In this document: one piece after another, positions 14,297 to 14,297 of the stretch
Numbering within the stretch: the stretch's first letter is position 1
Layout of the letters: each line of letters opens with the position of its first letter
From: Polyangiales bacterium
Lineage (GTDB): Bacteria > Myxococcota_A > Polyangia > Polyangiales > Houyiibacteriaceae
Reading direction: 5' to 3'
Length of the DNA stretch: 14,297 bases
NCBI GenBank assembly: GCA_045106895.1
Contig: JBGCFM010000268.1
Span: 1-14,297 of the forward strand
Notes under the pieces: generated by a model
Seen by the model: the letters and a program-made list of their open reading frames with translations, nothing else
The model's database searches: none
What the model was told of the DNA's origin: nothing
Position numbers and translations under genes: made by a program

Positions 14297-14297
14297 G

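Overview
GC-rich bacterial chromosomal window, most likely from Myxococcota (Polyangiales/Sandaracinaceae-like). The basis is a MYXO-CTERM tail, DAG/PDAG acidic linkers and a myxobacterial STAS/SpoIIAA-like small protein. It holds about 12 complete CDSs plus the 3' end of one more. Recognisable genes are a 3-hydroxybutyryl-CoA dehydrogenase, YchJ (SEC-C), an M1 aminopeptidase with HEAT repeats and a glycerophosphodiester phosphodiesterase. Predicted surface proteins are a MYXO-CTERM protein and a PKD/HYR-repeat lipoprotein with a YfaP-like domain. No rRNA, tRNA, CRISPR array or transposase was recognised. The most unusual part is 2861-7445. Two head-to-head paralogous membrane proteins share an L7/L12-CTD-like domain, a Pro-rich linker, 3 TM segments and a conserved C-terminal domain. 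One of them heads a probable operon with ychJ and an uncharacterised HEXXH protein whose C-terminus looks DUF2063/RRE-like. Other points of interest are a long G-U-containing hairpin at 16-115, a signal-less jelly-roll domain gene in frame behind a single TGA, and repeated leaderless-promoter signatures. All family calls were made by eye from motifs; no database searches were run.
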